From Podarcis cretensis (lineage: Eukaryota): a stretch of DNA of 64,000 nt. Both the position numbers and the translations under genes were made by a program. The notes below the pieces were generated by a model. That model did not search any database, was not told the origin of the DNA, and was given only the letters and a program-made list of their open reading frames with translations. Location: the NCBI GenBank assembly GCA_951804945.1, contig OX638152.1, positions 43,772,001 to 43,836,000 of the forward strand, read 5' to 3'. This document shows, piece by piece, positions 1-12,819 of the stretch. Position 1 is the first letter of the stretch. Every line of letters starts with the position of its first letter.

Positions 1-247
1 AGATCCAGTGGACCTATGACATCACATGGGTCCCCCTCCTCATTCCTTGTGAGTAGTTTTGTTGTTATGCGAAGTCAGCCACTGGAGCTTGTTTCCCTGC
101 TCAATGAAGGAGGGGCCCAATGCAACTTGCTCTCATTTAAGTGGACAGAGGTTTGCAGGCAGCAGCATTGTTCACCAAAATGAAACCATAGCAATTGCCC
201 CAGTGTCATATAGTGAGCTTCATGGCAGAGTAAAGATTTGAATTTAG

Positions 248-334
248 GTAAGGTAAAAGGTAAAGGACCCCTGGACGGTTAAGTCCAGTCAAAGGCGACT
301 ATGGGGTGCAGCACACATCTCGCTTTTCAGGCCT
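248..334 (-). mobile_element. Sauria SINE 3' fragment (5'-truncated)
   Basis: (GGTAAA)n tail followed by ggacccctggacggttaagtccagtcaaaggcgactatgggg, closely matching the copy at 12431. Confidence 0.85.
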
Positions 335-466
335 GCCATTTATTCCCCCCCCCCTTATCAATAAATACGTACTCTGGCATAAATGGGTGATATTAAATGT
401 TAGTTCTATTCAGAGTAAATGTTAGTTCTATTACTTTCAATGGGTTTTCTCTTAGAAGGCTTAGCC

Positions 467-602
467 TAGGCAGGGCCAAACTTAGCCCTTCAGATGTTTT
501 GGGACTACAATTCCCATCATCCCCAACCACTGGTCCAGTTATCTAGGGATGATGGGAGTTGTAGTCCCAAAACATCTGAAGGGCCAAGTTTGGCCATGCG
601 TG
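467..602. mobile_element. hAT-type palindromic MITE
   Basis: Long inverted arms (ccttcagatgttttgggactacaa...cccatcatccc / gggatgatgggagttgtagtcccaaaacatctgaagg). The 8-bp flanks gcttagcc and gcttagct match at 7 of 8 positions. Confidence 0.85.
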
Positions 603-804
603 GCTTAGCTGAACAGTAAGTTAAAACACATAAACAAAAATATTGGGGGGGGGGATGCAAAGGAAGTGATATAGGATAGCTTGTAATTTCAACAGAAGCC
701 CTCAACAGTATTCCATCTTCCCCATCAGAAAAACAGGTTCCCAATACAAGCAAAGGCCCATCATTTGCACAGCAAGGCCCCAGACCCTGTAGTCCCCTTA
801 TATA

Positions 805-1310
805 ATAAACACACAGAGACATGGATAAATTAGGTTAATGGGCAAAAATAGGCCACACCTTTATTGGTTACAGATGTGAGCGGTTTGGCTTAGGCATTGG
901 GTGAAACCAGACTATATCCTGACCCCTCCCATCACAAAAGCGTACCCAATGCCTCATCGCCAACACCCTCACAACTGCAACCAATCTCAAATGCCCTCCG
1001 TGATACCAAATGGCCAAATATCATTTCCCATATCAAAAAGGTGAACACCACCATTGCGAAACAAGGCTTCCCGGTCAAAAGTAATGAGGCAAAAGGAAGC
1101 CACCCCCCACCCCCCAGCCATGCTGCAGTTTAAACGTCCTGCGGCCAGCCCCCCCCCTCCAGCCACCCAGATTGTCAGCCGGGGGTGTGATGCAGCCAGA
1201 GTCTTGGTGACATGGGCGGCATCCCTCAGACCCAATCCGGGTCACTGGGGGTCCCGGATGCCAGTCTGCAACACCGCCCCTCAGGGAAGGGGAGTGGATT
1301 TCTCACAAGC
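805..1310 (-). mobile_element. Degenerate SGNH-hydrolase-bearing retroelement fragment (Ngaro/DIRS-like), copy 1
   Basis: The reverse complement aligns by eye in several blocks with 55059-55885. ORF 987..1235(-) contains ITFDREALFRNGGVHLFDMGNDIW. Confidence 0.65.
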
Positions 1311-1399
1311 ATTTTTGGCAAAGCAGGACAAGTAAACAGCTTGGGGCTATGCAAGAACAGCCCAGCTCAATTCCACACTCAGGGCTTTAGGGAGACAAA

Positions 1400-1762
1400 A
1401 AGGTAAAGGTAAAGGTACCCCTGCCCGTACGGGCCAGTCTTTACAGACTCTGGGGTTGTGCGCCCATCTCACTTAAGAGGCCAGGGGCCAGTGCTGTCCG
1501 GAGACACTTCCGGGTCACGTGGCCAGCGTGACATCGCTGCTCTGGCGAGCCAGAGCCGCACACGGAAACGCCGTTTACCTTCCCGATGGTAAGCGGTCCC
1601 TATTTATCTACTTGCACCCGGAGGTGCTTTCGAACTGCTAGGTTGGCAGGCGCTGGGACCGAGCAGCGGGAGCGCACCCCGCCGCAGGGATTCGAACCGC
1701 CGACCTTTCGATCGGCAAGCCCTAGGCGCTGAGGCTTTAACCCACAGCGCCACCTGCGTCCC
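1400..1762 (-). mobile_element. Full-length Sauria SINE, young
   Basis: Head GGGACGCAGGTGGCGCTGTGGG with B-box GGTTCGAATCC and an (ACCTTT)n tail. Perfect 14-bp TSD tttagggagacaaa at 1386-1399 and 1763-1776. CpGs are largely intact. Confidence 0.95.
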
Positions 1763-4700
1763 TTTAGGGAGACAAAGTATTGTTTAAATCTCCCCCAGGC
1801 GTGGCTTCTGACAGAGAGAGAGAGAGAGAAGCCAGGAGAAGAGATAGGAATCCTCCTGCCCTGACTCCCTCACTCTTTCTATGCTTGGGTGGGGTTTTTT
1901 TAACTGTTTCCTCTCCTTAGAGATAGAGAAGGCACCTACTGTTAGTGATTTTTATGACTTTGGAGGGGGTTTTTGGGAATGTTTGGGGGGGGGAATGTTG
2001 GCAGGGCTACACCCCACTTGGCCCATGAGGAGCCTCCCCTGAAGGAAGTATAATGCATACTGGGATGCTATAAGCAATGGCACGGGACCAATCAAAATCA
2101 AAACCCAAGTATTGTGCTGTAATATATCTTTTTTTGCCACAAAATCCAGTATTGATAAAAACAAACAAATAAACAATAAAATAGACACGGTCAGAAGATG
2201 CTGTTTTAGGGCTTCAGTTAATCAATATTCAAGCTCACCAATGAACTATCCAGCTCATTTCCACTCATTATGAATCATTACTTGAAAAACGGAGAAATAT
2301 ATAAAAACTACTAATGATGAAGATTGCTATTATGCAGATTTGTATAGGCAACAGCTCCTTTTCAACATGCTGGAATAAAGCCAGCCTTCAAATCTCTGCC
2401 TGAAGCAAGCAGGAGCTGCTGTTGAAAGGGGATGGAGCATAATATTGCTACTGAAAATTAAATGTGCCTTGTGCTACTATTTCCCTTCTCCCACTTGCTG
2501 AAAATGTATTTACCACTCTCACCTTCATTACCTAACAGAAGGGTCTTCCAGCAACCTTACATTGAGTGTTGGCTGCCCATTCCCCAATAAACTCTATTTA
2601 TTAAAAATTGATTTAAATAAAGCTAGTAAATAATAGGTTTTATCTCATGGTTGTATGAATAGGAGGCAAATCTCTCTATTTCCCTCTGCTGCCCAGCACT
2701 CCCAAAAACGCTTCTCCAAAGGGTCTGTTTTGTACAGAATGAATTGTGTTGCAAGGTTCCCTACATGATTTCAGGTATTTCCCCCTCTCACTCTGCAGTC
2801 TTGTACAATATAACAAGGCTCCCATTCACCTGCCATGAGCCTCAAATAAACTCTGCATAGACCTGGGAGTTAAGATAACCATGACTAACTTAAATTCCAA
2901 TAATTTCAGTGGGATTAACCACTCAATTCTAAATTTATCTACTCATAAGTAAGTCCTTTTAAATTCAAGGAGGCTTAGTTCTAGGTAAGTGGGTTTAGGA
3001 TTGCAGCCTAAATCTAGGTTCTCCCAATATATTTGTCAAATGTTATAAATTAAGAAAACTTTGTTAAGAGAAGAACTAACTGAGTATATTGACCTTGATT
3101 TTTCAAAGTGATAAACAAATTATTGTTTTGAACTATAGGAGAGAATCAGATCTTTATTCCATAGAGATGGGTGAATGGGCATTTACAGGGCAGAGCAAAT
3201 GTCTTCCCAGGCTGCTGCTTTTTCTCCTAGTTACTATCATAAGAAAACAGTTTTGTTTTAAATATAATCAAGCATAATTGATACAGAAATATTTGTCAGA
3301 AGTACCTTCCCCAAATACAGAAGAAACAGCTTTGAGAAATGTGACATTATATATTTGTGTGATGGAGACCCACGAAAGTTCACTGAAATGGTGAAATTAA
3401 TTTGCATAGCTTATTTACAATGTAGCCAAGCTATTAAGAACAAGATGGGTGATGTAGGGAAAGCTCAGCGCAGAAAGCTTCGAGCAATATTTGCAACCAG
3501 TAAATTCTGAACTGCTCTGGCAAGGATCCCACATGCGATTTATAGAAGTCTTAAGAGCTTTAAGATGCCTGCAGCCTCTGGGGTCCATTAAAGCAGCTAG
3601 AGAACATTCAGGGTGTGGAAATTCCTTGGGCACATCACTTATCTGTCACTGTAAGAGCCTGTACTGGAATTATGACAGTTATGTGCCAGAAGGTAGAGAA
3701 ATTCTGAGGTACCAACTGTAATGATTTAAATGGCCAGAAGTATTGACAAATAAACTAGATACAACTTCTCAGTGATGGCATCTGAAATATTTTTTTTTTT
3801 TCAATTTGCAAACAAATTTTACAGATAGTTTAAATGTTATAGTATTGGGTGCATTTTCAATGGCTTGCTAATTCAAACACTTCTCCCTGTCAAGATAATC
3901 AATAGTGAGAAGACGTTTCCTAGACTGGATCACAAACAGTGTCCGTTCTAGACCATTTCTCTCCTCTAAGAGTGCTGGAGAGCTGGAACACACACTAGCC
4001 AAAGAAAATTGGTTTTGTGCCTGTGTCTGCTTTTAATAAAAGTTATTATTGAAAAGGCAATGCATTGCTATGGAGGAGTATCTCACATGAGAAGCCACTT
4101 GTAAACCACTTAGATCTACTTCAAAAGAAGTTTCACTTCCTTGAGAGGAAGGAAGCTCTTTGAAGCTATTGGTCAGCTCCACAAACATTTAAGAGAATTG
4201 ATATAGTTTAGACACCCTGGAAAACGAAGGCTTTTGTGATCTTCATCTATGTAGGCACTATTTCCAGTGTCACAGAGCTTGTCTACTGCTAGTTATAAAC
4301 CATTTTTCTCTCAATTGTTGAAAGAATGGGAAAATACACACAAGTACTGGTCTGCATCAGCGAGTGCCTGACAGGTAATCCATCAGCAGATTGCTTTGCA
4401 CCTATATCCATGTTTATTTTTAAAACAAAAGATCCTGCTGCTGTAGGTCAGCAATATTAAAAAACAAACAAACTAACTAAAAATGACAAAATAGTTTCTA
4501 TTTGCAACTATTTGACAAACTAGTTTCTGTTTGTATTACCTATTTGACTATTTGGTAATACAGTGGGATCAGCATTGCCCACTATCTTCTTTCAAAAGAG
4601 ATGGATTATAACTGTTCCAGTTGATAAAAGAACATTGCATTTTGATCACATAGCGCACACAGCAGTAAACAGAATTTCCCTGTTTATTTCTGTTTCTCTC

Positions 4701-6906
4701 TTTCATGTTGACAATATGCTGAAAGCTAAAGTCCAATTTTCACAATAGTTTCAAAGAACTTAGCATCAGAAACCATTGGGCCATTCTGAAAGGTCAGTGC
4801 CCTAATGTGCCCGGAAGTAAAGAAGTACATGCCTCAGTCACACTCAAACAATTAGCAAATTGGTTCCCTAAGACTTTGCTGCCAGCAACCCCAACAATCA
4901 CGCTGTGCTTCAAGGGATGTATTATACAACCAAAAGTCCCAAAGGCATTGCGAGTCTATAACAACTCTTGCAAAGTATTTGGCAGAGTGTCAGGCAATGG
5001 AGAATAGCCAAAGCCAATGGCTATGAAAGACTCATTTCTTTTCATCACTCCAAGCCCGGAAATATTGGGAACAGATGCTTTAAAGCAAAATCAGGAGCTA
5101 CAGGATCCAAAAATTTCATAGACTTTGGTAACTTGGAGGTCTGTGAAATGTATTGGCAATGCACGAGCATGCTGCTGCACTCTGAGAAGCAAACTACTGG
5201 TTTTCAATTGCCCAGAAGGCAGTCATGCATAGCGAGTTCTGATACACTGTCCACTCTTTGGTTGCTTATTCTATAAAGCGCTGGACTATAGATTGAGAAA
5301 CCAGATCAGGCTTGTAAGACCAATGCAGCCTTCCCAAAGACGTTAACACTATTGCAAATTGTGGTTACAAAATGTATGTGTGATGCAAGAAAAGGTAGTT
5401 GGCATGGTAAGATTAATAAAGGAACTGAATTAACCTAGTTTTCTTTTATATTATTATTAACTTGTGTCTCATTTTGGTGCACTAACTTATTGGTTTAAAA
5501 GGCACCACTCAAACTGTGCCTTGAATTAAAGTTGAAAAATTCAATATGAATAACACATTTAAACTTGATTCTCCAGAATAAAAAAGGAGAGAGCTCAATA
5601 ATTGAAAACAATCAAATAACTTCTATGTTATTTGAAATAACCCAATAACTTCTTTTTTATTTGAAACACAGAAGGCAATGAAACAAATTAATTAATGAGA
5701 GTTTTATCTAGGTTAAGTCTGGCAGGTGGTGGGAAGAGCAGACATTCAGGAAGCATTGGCAGAAACCATAAAAGAGTTTCAACACAAAAGAGTAGTAGTG
5801 AAGTGGTACAGATGCAGATTATCCTCTTAAAACAAAAGGTCTTTATAACAAAATCCAGTTACAAAAATAATAAATGAATGATAGTGTAGTTAACCCCCTT
5901 GTTGAGGCTGGTCAGGCTGAGAAACATTGACCTAAGGTCACCCACTAAGCTTTAAACCCAGGTTGTTCTAGTCTTAATCCAACTCTCAAGCTTCTACACC
6001 TCATTAACAGTTCTATCTTGCACAGGTTTACTCCCATGGGACTCACTCCCTACAAAGTCTTTTTCCGATTGTAGCCTGCAGTTAAAAAGTTTAACAAGTC
6101 TGCAGTTTAGCCTACGAAAGACTACAAGTTAAGCTAGGAAGGCCCACGTCAGTAAAACACAAAGAATAAGAACCAGACTGGAAAAGACCAGGACAAGAAT
6201 TAATTAAAATAAATTAATAGACCCAAAGAACAATGTTTCTAAGAAATTATAATTATATATGGGAAGGGGAGACACAAGGTGGTAATTATTTAGGGAAGAT
6301 GAGTCAGAGAGGCTTTTAAAAAATGCAGAAACTTTGACAGAAGTATGAAAAAGACTTAAAACATGTCTAGGGAAGGGAGGGAAGAAAGAGAATTTTTTAC
6401 AGGGATGTAAATGAGGGGAGGTTCCTTGATTAAAAGAACAATTAATTCTACACACACTTCCAGATTGATGCTATCCAATTCACAGCAGGGTTAGATTACT
6501 TGTAATCAAATTTGCAAAAGTTTCATAAATTCCACAAGCTTTTTTTAAGGTGGTAAATTCCATACATGGTGGCTTTGCCTACCACATAGGGGGATCTGCT
6601 TGTGTTACATGCAAACAGTAAAAAACACAACCTCATGAGAAACAGGGAGGAGTGGCTCTCAGTTGGAATACTCAGAATCAATTATTTGAATAGGAAAATA
6701 GCCCAATGACAGAACACATGCTTTATATCAGGGGTCACCAACATGTTTGGACCAGCTAGTACCAGTCACCAAATGTCTGCCATGGTGAGGGGAGGACATG
6801 TCATGGCACAGGTCAATGTGGCTGCTGAGTATATAGTCAGGCTTACCATGGGAAGTTAGTTAGGTCTAGATTGTGGAGAACATACAATCTCTCTCTTTCA
6901 CTCACT

Positions 6907-6912
6907 CACACA

Positions 6913-6970
<58 letters not shown>
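6907..6970. repeat. Compound microsatellite (CA)n(GA)n
   Basis: Read directly from the sequence. Confidence 0.97.
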
Positions 6971-8362
6971 TACTGTTGCTGTGAAAGAGAAGGGAGCCTT
7001 CAACAGCACAGTGCCAGGAAAAATACACAAAGTAACCACACCAAATGCACACACTATGACCAAAACAGAATCGGTAGTTATTCTTAACTATGGTTGGTTA
7101 AATTGAGCCAGTTTCACATCACAAGCTGCGCTGATCACTACCCAGTGACTGGGCAACCCAGTTAGATGGATAGCATATAAATAATAAAATTATTAATTTC
7201 AATTAGTCTAAAATGGAAACAAAAACTTCACAACTCCTCCTGGCTGCATCAGAAGGTGAGGGAGAGGTTGAGTATGTGAACCCAAGGCTTACTATGACTT
7301 GTGCTCATAGTGCAAACTTGTGGTTTGCTATTATTTGTGAACGAAGCCAGATTTTTTTTCCAACTCTGTTAACTTCAGGAAACTCATTTAAGGTGTGGAC
7401 TAGATTTTTAAAAACAGACTTTTAGCTGTAATTTAGTTTTACAATCACATACAGTGTGACTCAGTCTACCATTGTAGACACACTTACTGGCAAGTAAGTC
7501 TCACTGAACGTAGTGGCTCATTTAGCCCAGGGCTGTCGTCTGTGAACTGGTGACACTTACTTGGGAGTAAGGATGCATAGGATAGGTCTTCAAGTAAGGC
7601 ATTTTTAGCCTGTGCGAATGTAATATGTAGATGTGGCTGTTATGATATACTGCATTAAAATCAACCAACTATGTCCTGGTCTTAGTTCAGTACTGTACTA
7701 AGGTTGGTTAACTCTTTTTGTTTTAACCGGGACCTTGTGGATAAGAAATCTAAGTAAATTATAACATTTAAAAAGGGGAAATACATGAAGGCAAAACTAT
7801 TCTCCTTTTAAACTTTAAGTATATGTTTTGGTTGCCAAATTTAATGAGAATACTGCTGCGTATCACTCTACAGTATTTGGTCTGTTTTGGCAAGTCTGCT
7901 GCAAAACTTCCCCTTTTAAAAAGCTGAAATGAAAAAGCATATTTCTGAAGCAGTTTATTATTAAGATGAGCATGAGGCTGTTTCATGTGAAGATTATTGT
8001 AGGAAGGATAGGCTACTAGAAATCAGCACCAAATACCGTGGAATTGAATAAAGCTGCTAAATCAACAAACACAGAAATACATTGTTTGCTATAATTGACT
8101 TTTCTTGTAAACAAGATATTCAAGGTCATACTGTGTCAATGCTGCCACTATCTTTTTGTTCTAAGGGATATTGCAACCAAGATTGTATCAAGGTCATCTT
8201 TCACCCAAAAACATAGTGTAATTAGTATTAATGCAGTATTTCATCAAGCTCACCCTGGAAGTTATCAACAGTGTTGCAAGTGGAGTGTCAGCACAAAAAA
8301 GGGCAGACCCTGTAATCTTTCTAGCTTCAAAGGCATAACTGATAACTCAAGCTATATTTATG

Positions 8363-8367
<5 letters not shown>

Positions 8368-8433
<66 letters not shown>
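8368..8433. repeat. Compound microsatellite (TA)n(CA)n
   Basis: Read directly from the sequence. Confidence 0.97.
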
Positions 8434-8435
<2 letters not shown>

Positions 8436-9674
8436 AATACAAATATCTAAAGCATAGACTTCCTCTTTTTAACTAACTTCTTTCCTCACGAAATAACTAG
8501 AAACATATAAAGAAAATATAACAAAATTTGTCATATCCTATAACTGTGACAAAAACGAATTCCAATTTGGCTTTCCCCCCCATGAGCACCCTATTTCACC
8601 TGCCACAAATGTGAGCCCACAAATGTGAAAAACAAGGGCTGTGTAAACATCACCATTTACTGTGGCTCCAGTGGACTCCCACTACTGATTTTTGAATCTG
8701 TGTACACACAACATTATCCAGGATGCAGAGTTACATGTGAAATACTGTATTCTGATCCATTTTTCCCCAAAGCCAGCTTTGATTGGACTTGAAAACTGTA
8801 GTAGGAAACCAAGCAGGCAATTTGCAAGGGGGAAGATATCCCTACTTCTTCTGTAACCACTAGAGTGGACTGACAGCATGCAATGTGGAAACACATCAAA
8901 GTGTACTGATGTTTACAGCAAGATGCTGCAACCTGAAGCACAGCTTACAAAACAACCTCACTGTGTTTTGATCCATAAATGTGTGCATAGCCAAAACACA
9001 ATAGAAATAAATGTTAAAATACTAGGGGCCTGCCGTAATAGTATTCCATGCACCAGAGGACAGGAGGAAAAAAGAGAAAGAAGAAAAAAAATACCTCCCC
9101 CCAATCCAGGAACAGCAGAAAAGCGAGGAGGAAGAAGTTATTTTCTATCTAGCTGAAGGCTGAACTTCAAGAACCCATCTAACTTCTGTTCTATAGGTAG
9201 AATTAAAACCCAAGCTAGAGTGATAATATTCAAGGAATATTACTCATATGGAAGGTAAGCAGTCTGAACTACCAGAATCAATATTCTGAGCCTGAAATTA
9301 ACGTTTTGTAACATTTCTCATTTTCTGGGAGTAAATCCTCCAGAACTCTATGGGACTTTCTTCTGAGTAATTGTGCACAGAACCTGGGAAACATGTGCTA
9401 GACCTAGAAGAATGAACTGATCCAGCCTTTATTTCTTTTATTTTGTGTGAAGTAAAGGTTCACCTAAACCAGAAAAGTTAAGGTAATGCTATTTATCGCC
9501 TACATTCCTTGCTCCTTTTCTTCCAGGCTCCACTGAAGCACCTCTCACACCTTCCATCGGCATGTAATGTGTGGAACGGGAGCCAGCACTGCACCTATCT
9601 GTGCTCATTGGAAAGTTTGACAGGGGCCTCTAGTTTTGTAGGCTCTTCCATGCAATCAGGGTGAAGAGTCTGAC

Positions 9675-9816
9675 TAAACATCTGGAAGAACTTTCTGACA
9701 ATAAGAGCTGTTGACAGTGGGACGGACTCCCTTGGGATGTGGTGGGAGGTTTTTAAGCAGATGGCCATCTGTCATGGATGCTTTTGCTGAGACTGCATTG
9801 CAAGTGGTTGGATTAG
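9675..9816 (+). mobile_element. CR1 LINE 3' fragment
   Basis: ggaagaactttctgacaataagagctgtt...gaggtttttaagcag...gcattgcaagtggttggattag resembles the CR1 ORF2 end and 3' UTR. Confidence 0.7.
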
Positions 9817-9970
9817 GAAGATACCACATGCAGGGAGCCTGTACCAGCTGTTTGGGGGCTTGATGATTAGAGAGTGGAATGTCAAAAATAATGGAGACTA
9901 TCTGCTTGGAGAAGAATTTGGGAACTAGTAAAATTCGTATCTGCTAATGCAAGCATTTCCGGACTCTGAA

Positions 9971-10621
9971 CAGGGGCGAACGAAGGCTAACTGACACCCG
10001 GGGCGGGGCAAACCGCCGGCTGCGCACGCGTTGCGCTGCTATGTACAATGCACGTGTAGCGTCGCTATGTACGACACATGTGTGGCATCACTACATAGGG
10101 CGCATGTGCGGTGTTGCTACATAGCGCACATGTGCGCGACACCGTGCATGCATTGTACATAGTAGTTTGCCACCAGTGCTGCACGAGTGCCGTACAGACG
10201 CTGGCACGATCCTCTCCTCGCGGCTGCAGAGGGATCCTCCGCTTGCAGCTGTAGCGGCAATGGAGGGATCCCATTACCGTCCGTACGGCGCTTGGGCGGC
10301 ACCGGTTGCAAACCACTATGCACAGTGCATGTGCAGCGTTGCTACGTACAGTGGATGTGTGCGACACCACGAATGCGTTGTACATAGCGGTTTGCCACTG
10401 GCACTGCTCGAACGCTGTACGGACGGTGGTGGGATCCTCTGCTTGCGGCTGCAGCTCTGAATGGAGGATCCTCCACATGCAGCTGCGGTGGTGCAATGGC
10501 TGCTTGCACTGCTGTGCCTGGGGGCAGCGGGGCGAGCACCCCGCAGAGTGCCTTCTTGTCACCCCCCCCCAACATAGCACCCGGGGCACACCGCCCCTCT
10601 GCCCTCCTTGCGATGCCACTG
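9971..10621. mobile_element. GC/CpG-rich non-autonomous hAT element (651 bp)
   Basis: Termini caggggcgaacgaagg and ccttgcgatgccactg form an imperfect TIR. The 8-bp flanks are actctgaa and tctctgaa. There is an abrupt GC shift at both ends and internal repeats. Confidence 0.85.
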
Positions 10622-12165
10622 TCTCTGAAGATTCTTTCCATCACCCAGTCTGATGAACTTTACTACTAAAATGGGTTTCTAATTTCCTTTTCTTTCCATT
10701 TTCTTTTTCTTGTGTGGGCAGGTTGGGGGAGGGCACTCTATACCTAAATATTTTGGTTTCACATTTTCTTGAAAGAAGCCAGGTTTGCAAAAATCTGCTG
10801 GGGTAGATGGGGTGGCCTTGGTAGTTGCTCCTTCCAGCTTCTGATTAGTTCTTGGTTTGTTTTAGACCCTGTTAAGACTCTGATAGAGATAGCAAATCCT
10901 TCTTTCACTGATTCCCGGTTCTATTAGTGGGGAGACAAGGGGAAAACACTTTTAAAAAGATGGACCTAGATGAATAAGGAAAAAGCCAAAGAGCAAAGCT
11001 TTAAACAAGCTTATAAAAATATTAATGCCGCAGGAAATGAGAAATGCAGTATCTCCCATGGAGGTCAAAGCAAGACACCATATCAGTTTAATTAATTAGC
11101 TAACAATGATACAGTTATGAAGTATGCTATAAAATAGCTAGCTGTTTAACATGCTGCTGAACACAACTGATTCAAAGGTTAGACACTGATCACTCTCTTT
11201 ATTATCAGTTGTACATATGAGGAACCCTATAACAGCTATCTTAAAGATAACTCCTTCCTTATCTCAGACACCATTCAACAGAACTGGCCTCTCTTCTTTG
11301 TGTATGACTTTATACTATTGCTTTGTGCTCTCTTTCTCTTAGTATCTCAGAAGTACTAAGGTACTTTAATGAGATCAGGAAGAATAAAAATTGGAGTCAC
11401 AAGCAAGATCTGGTGTTGTGGAAAACATTTTAATATTAAAGGGGCCCAGGTAATTCTTTCGATTTAACTTCCTCTAATGAAAGGTACACCCTAGTTAGCT
11501 TTTACATATAGTTAAAAACAGATTAATGGATCAGATTCAGCTAAACAGTTGCAGGAGTCAGTACAAGTCCTCCCCGCTTCTCCCCCCTGCCCCCCAATGG
11601 CTCAGTGGGTGAGTGTGTATAATGAACCCCTGTAACAGTGTGCAAGGGGATGAGAAGGAGAACATATTGTCTTATGGAAATACTTGCACTTAATTATAAT
11701 TCTCCCATAAAGATGTAATCTTATAGCCACCTACCTGAATATAAGCCCCCTGGAACTCAATGGGGCTTACTTCTGAGTAGACATGTATAAGATAGCAGTG
11801 CAAAAGGGAAAAATAGATTTACACAACTTCATATTATGGATTGTTGGGATTCTGTATGGCAAATAAAAATATTAACTTCATGTAAACTATGTTAAATACA
11901 TCTGCTAATTTACTCTAAATAAAGTTTATATTGAGCTCTTCAAATTATGGTTTACAATTTAAAATATTTTTACAAAAGCCCGGTGCCTGCACCCCCTCCA
12001 AGCAGTGGCCAGAGTGCATGGGGTCACAGGCAGCCAAGGTGGTTTTTCCCTGGCAAAAGCCCACCTGCTCAGGGCCTGGTAACGCAGATTGGGACATCTA
12101 CTGGGTAAGCTTTCCCAGAAGATGTTTAGCATATAGCTTACCTACTCTGTAGGACCACTGGACTC

Positions 12166-12390
12166 CAGAATGATAGAGTTGAAGGGGACTTTGTAGGCCA
12201 TGTAGTTAAATCCCATCCTAAATGCAGGAAATCCAGAACTAAAGCATTTCCTATAGATGGGTATCTAGCCTCTGCCTGAAGGCCTCGATTACCCCTCTAG
12301 GTAAGTGTTCTTAACTGTCAAGAAGCTTCTACTAATGATCAAACAAAATCAACAAAATCAACTCTCCTGTAACTTAAGTCCATTATATCC
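12166..12390 (-). mobile_element. CR1 LINE 3' fragment
   Basis: agaatgatagagttgaaggggactttgtaggccat...aatgcaggaa...agcctctgcctgaag...aactgtcaagaagcttct is a typical reverse-oriented CR1 end. Confidence 0.72.
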
Positions 12391-12430
12391 ATTATATCCT
12401 GCAATATCCAGGTATGTTAGGGGTTTCCCA

Positions 12431-12819
12431 GGTAAAGGTAAGAAAAGGCAAAGGACCCTGGATAGTTAGGTCCAGTCAAAGGTGACTATGGGGTTGTGGC
12501 ACTCATCTCACTTTTCAGGCCAAGGGAGCTGGCATTTGTCCACAGACAGCTTTCCGGTCATGTGGCCAGCATAACTAAACCACTTCTGGTGCAACGGAAC
12601 ACTGTGACAGAAACCAGAGCACACGGAAACGCTGTTTACCTTCCCGCCATAGTGGTACCTATTTATCTACTTGCACTGGTATGCTTTTGAACTGCTAGGT
12701 TGGCAGGAGGTGGGACTGAGCAATGGGACCTCACCCCGTCACGCGGATTCAAATTGCCAACCTTCCGATCAGCAAGCCCAGGAGGCTCAGTGGTTTAGAC
12801 CACAGTGCCACCCGCTCCC
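12431..12819 (-). mobile_element. Full-length Sauria SINE (older subfamily)
   Basis: GGTAAA tail, conserved core ggtacctatttatctacttgcac, and a tRNA-like head ending cacagtgccacccgctccc. The sequence gtttcccaggt occurs near both ends, a probable TSD. Confidence 0.92.

Noticed and set aside
6873-8436. ORFs with HTHT, RERE and YIYI runs
   Set aside because: These are translations of dinucleotide microsatellites.
10065-10653. Longest ORF (184 aa) and four overlapping ORFs
   Set aside because: All lie essentially within a GC-rich TIR/TSD-bounded element. The Cys/Ala/Arg-rich translations and open frames on both strands reflect low stop frequency, and no domain is recognisable.
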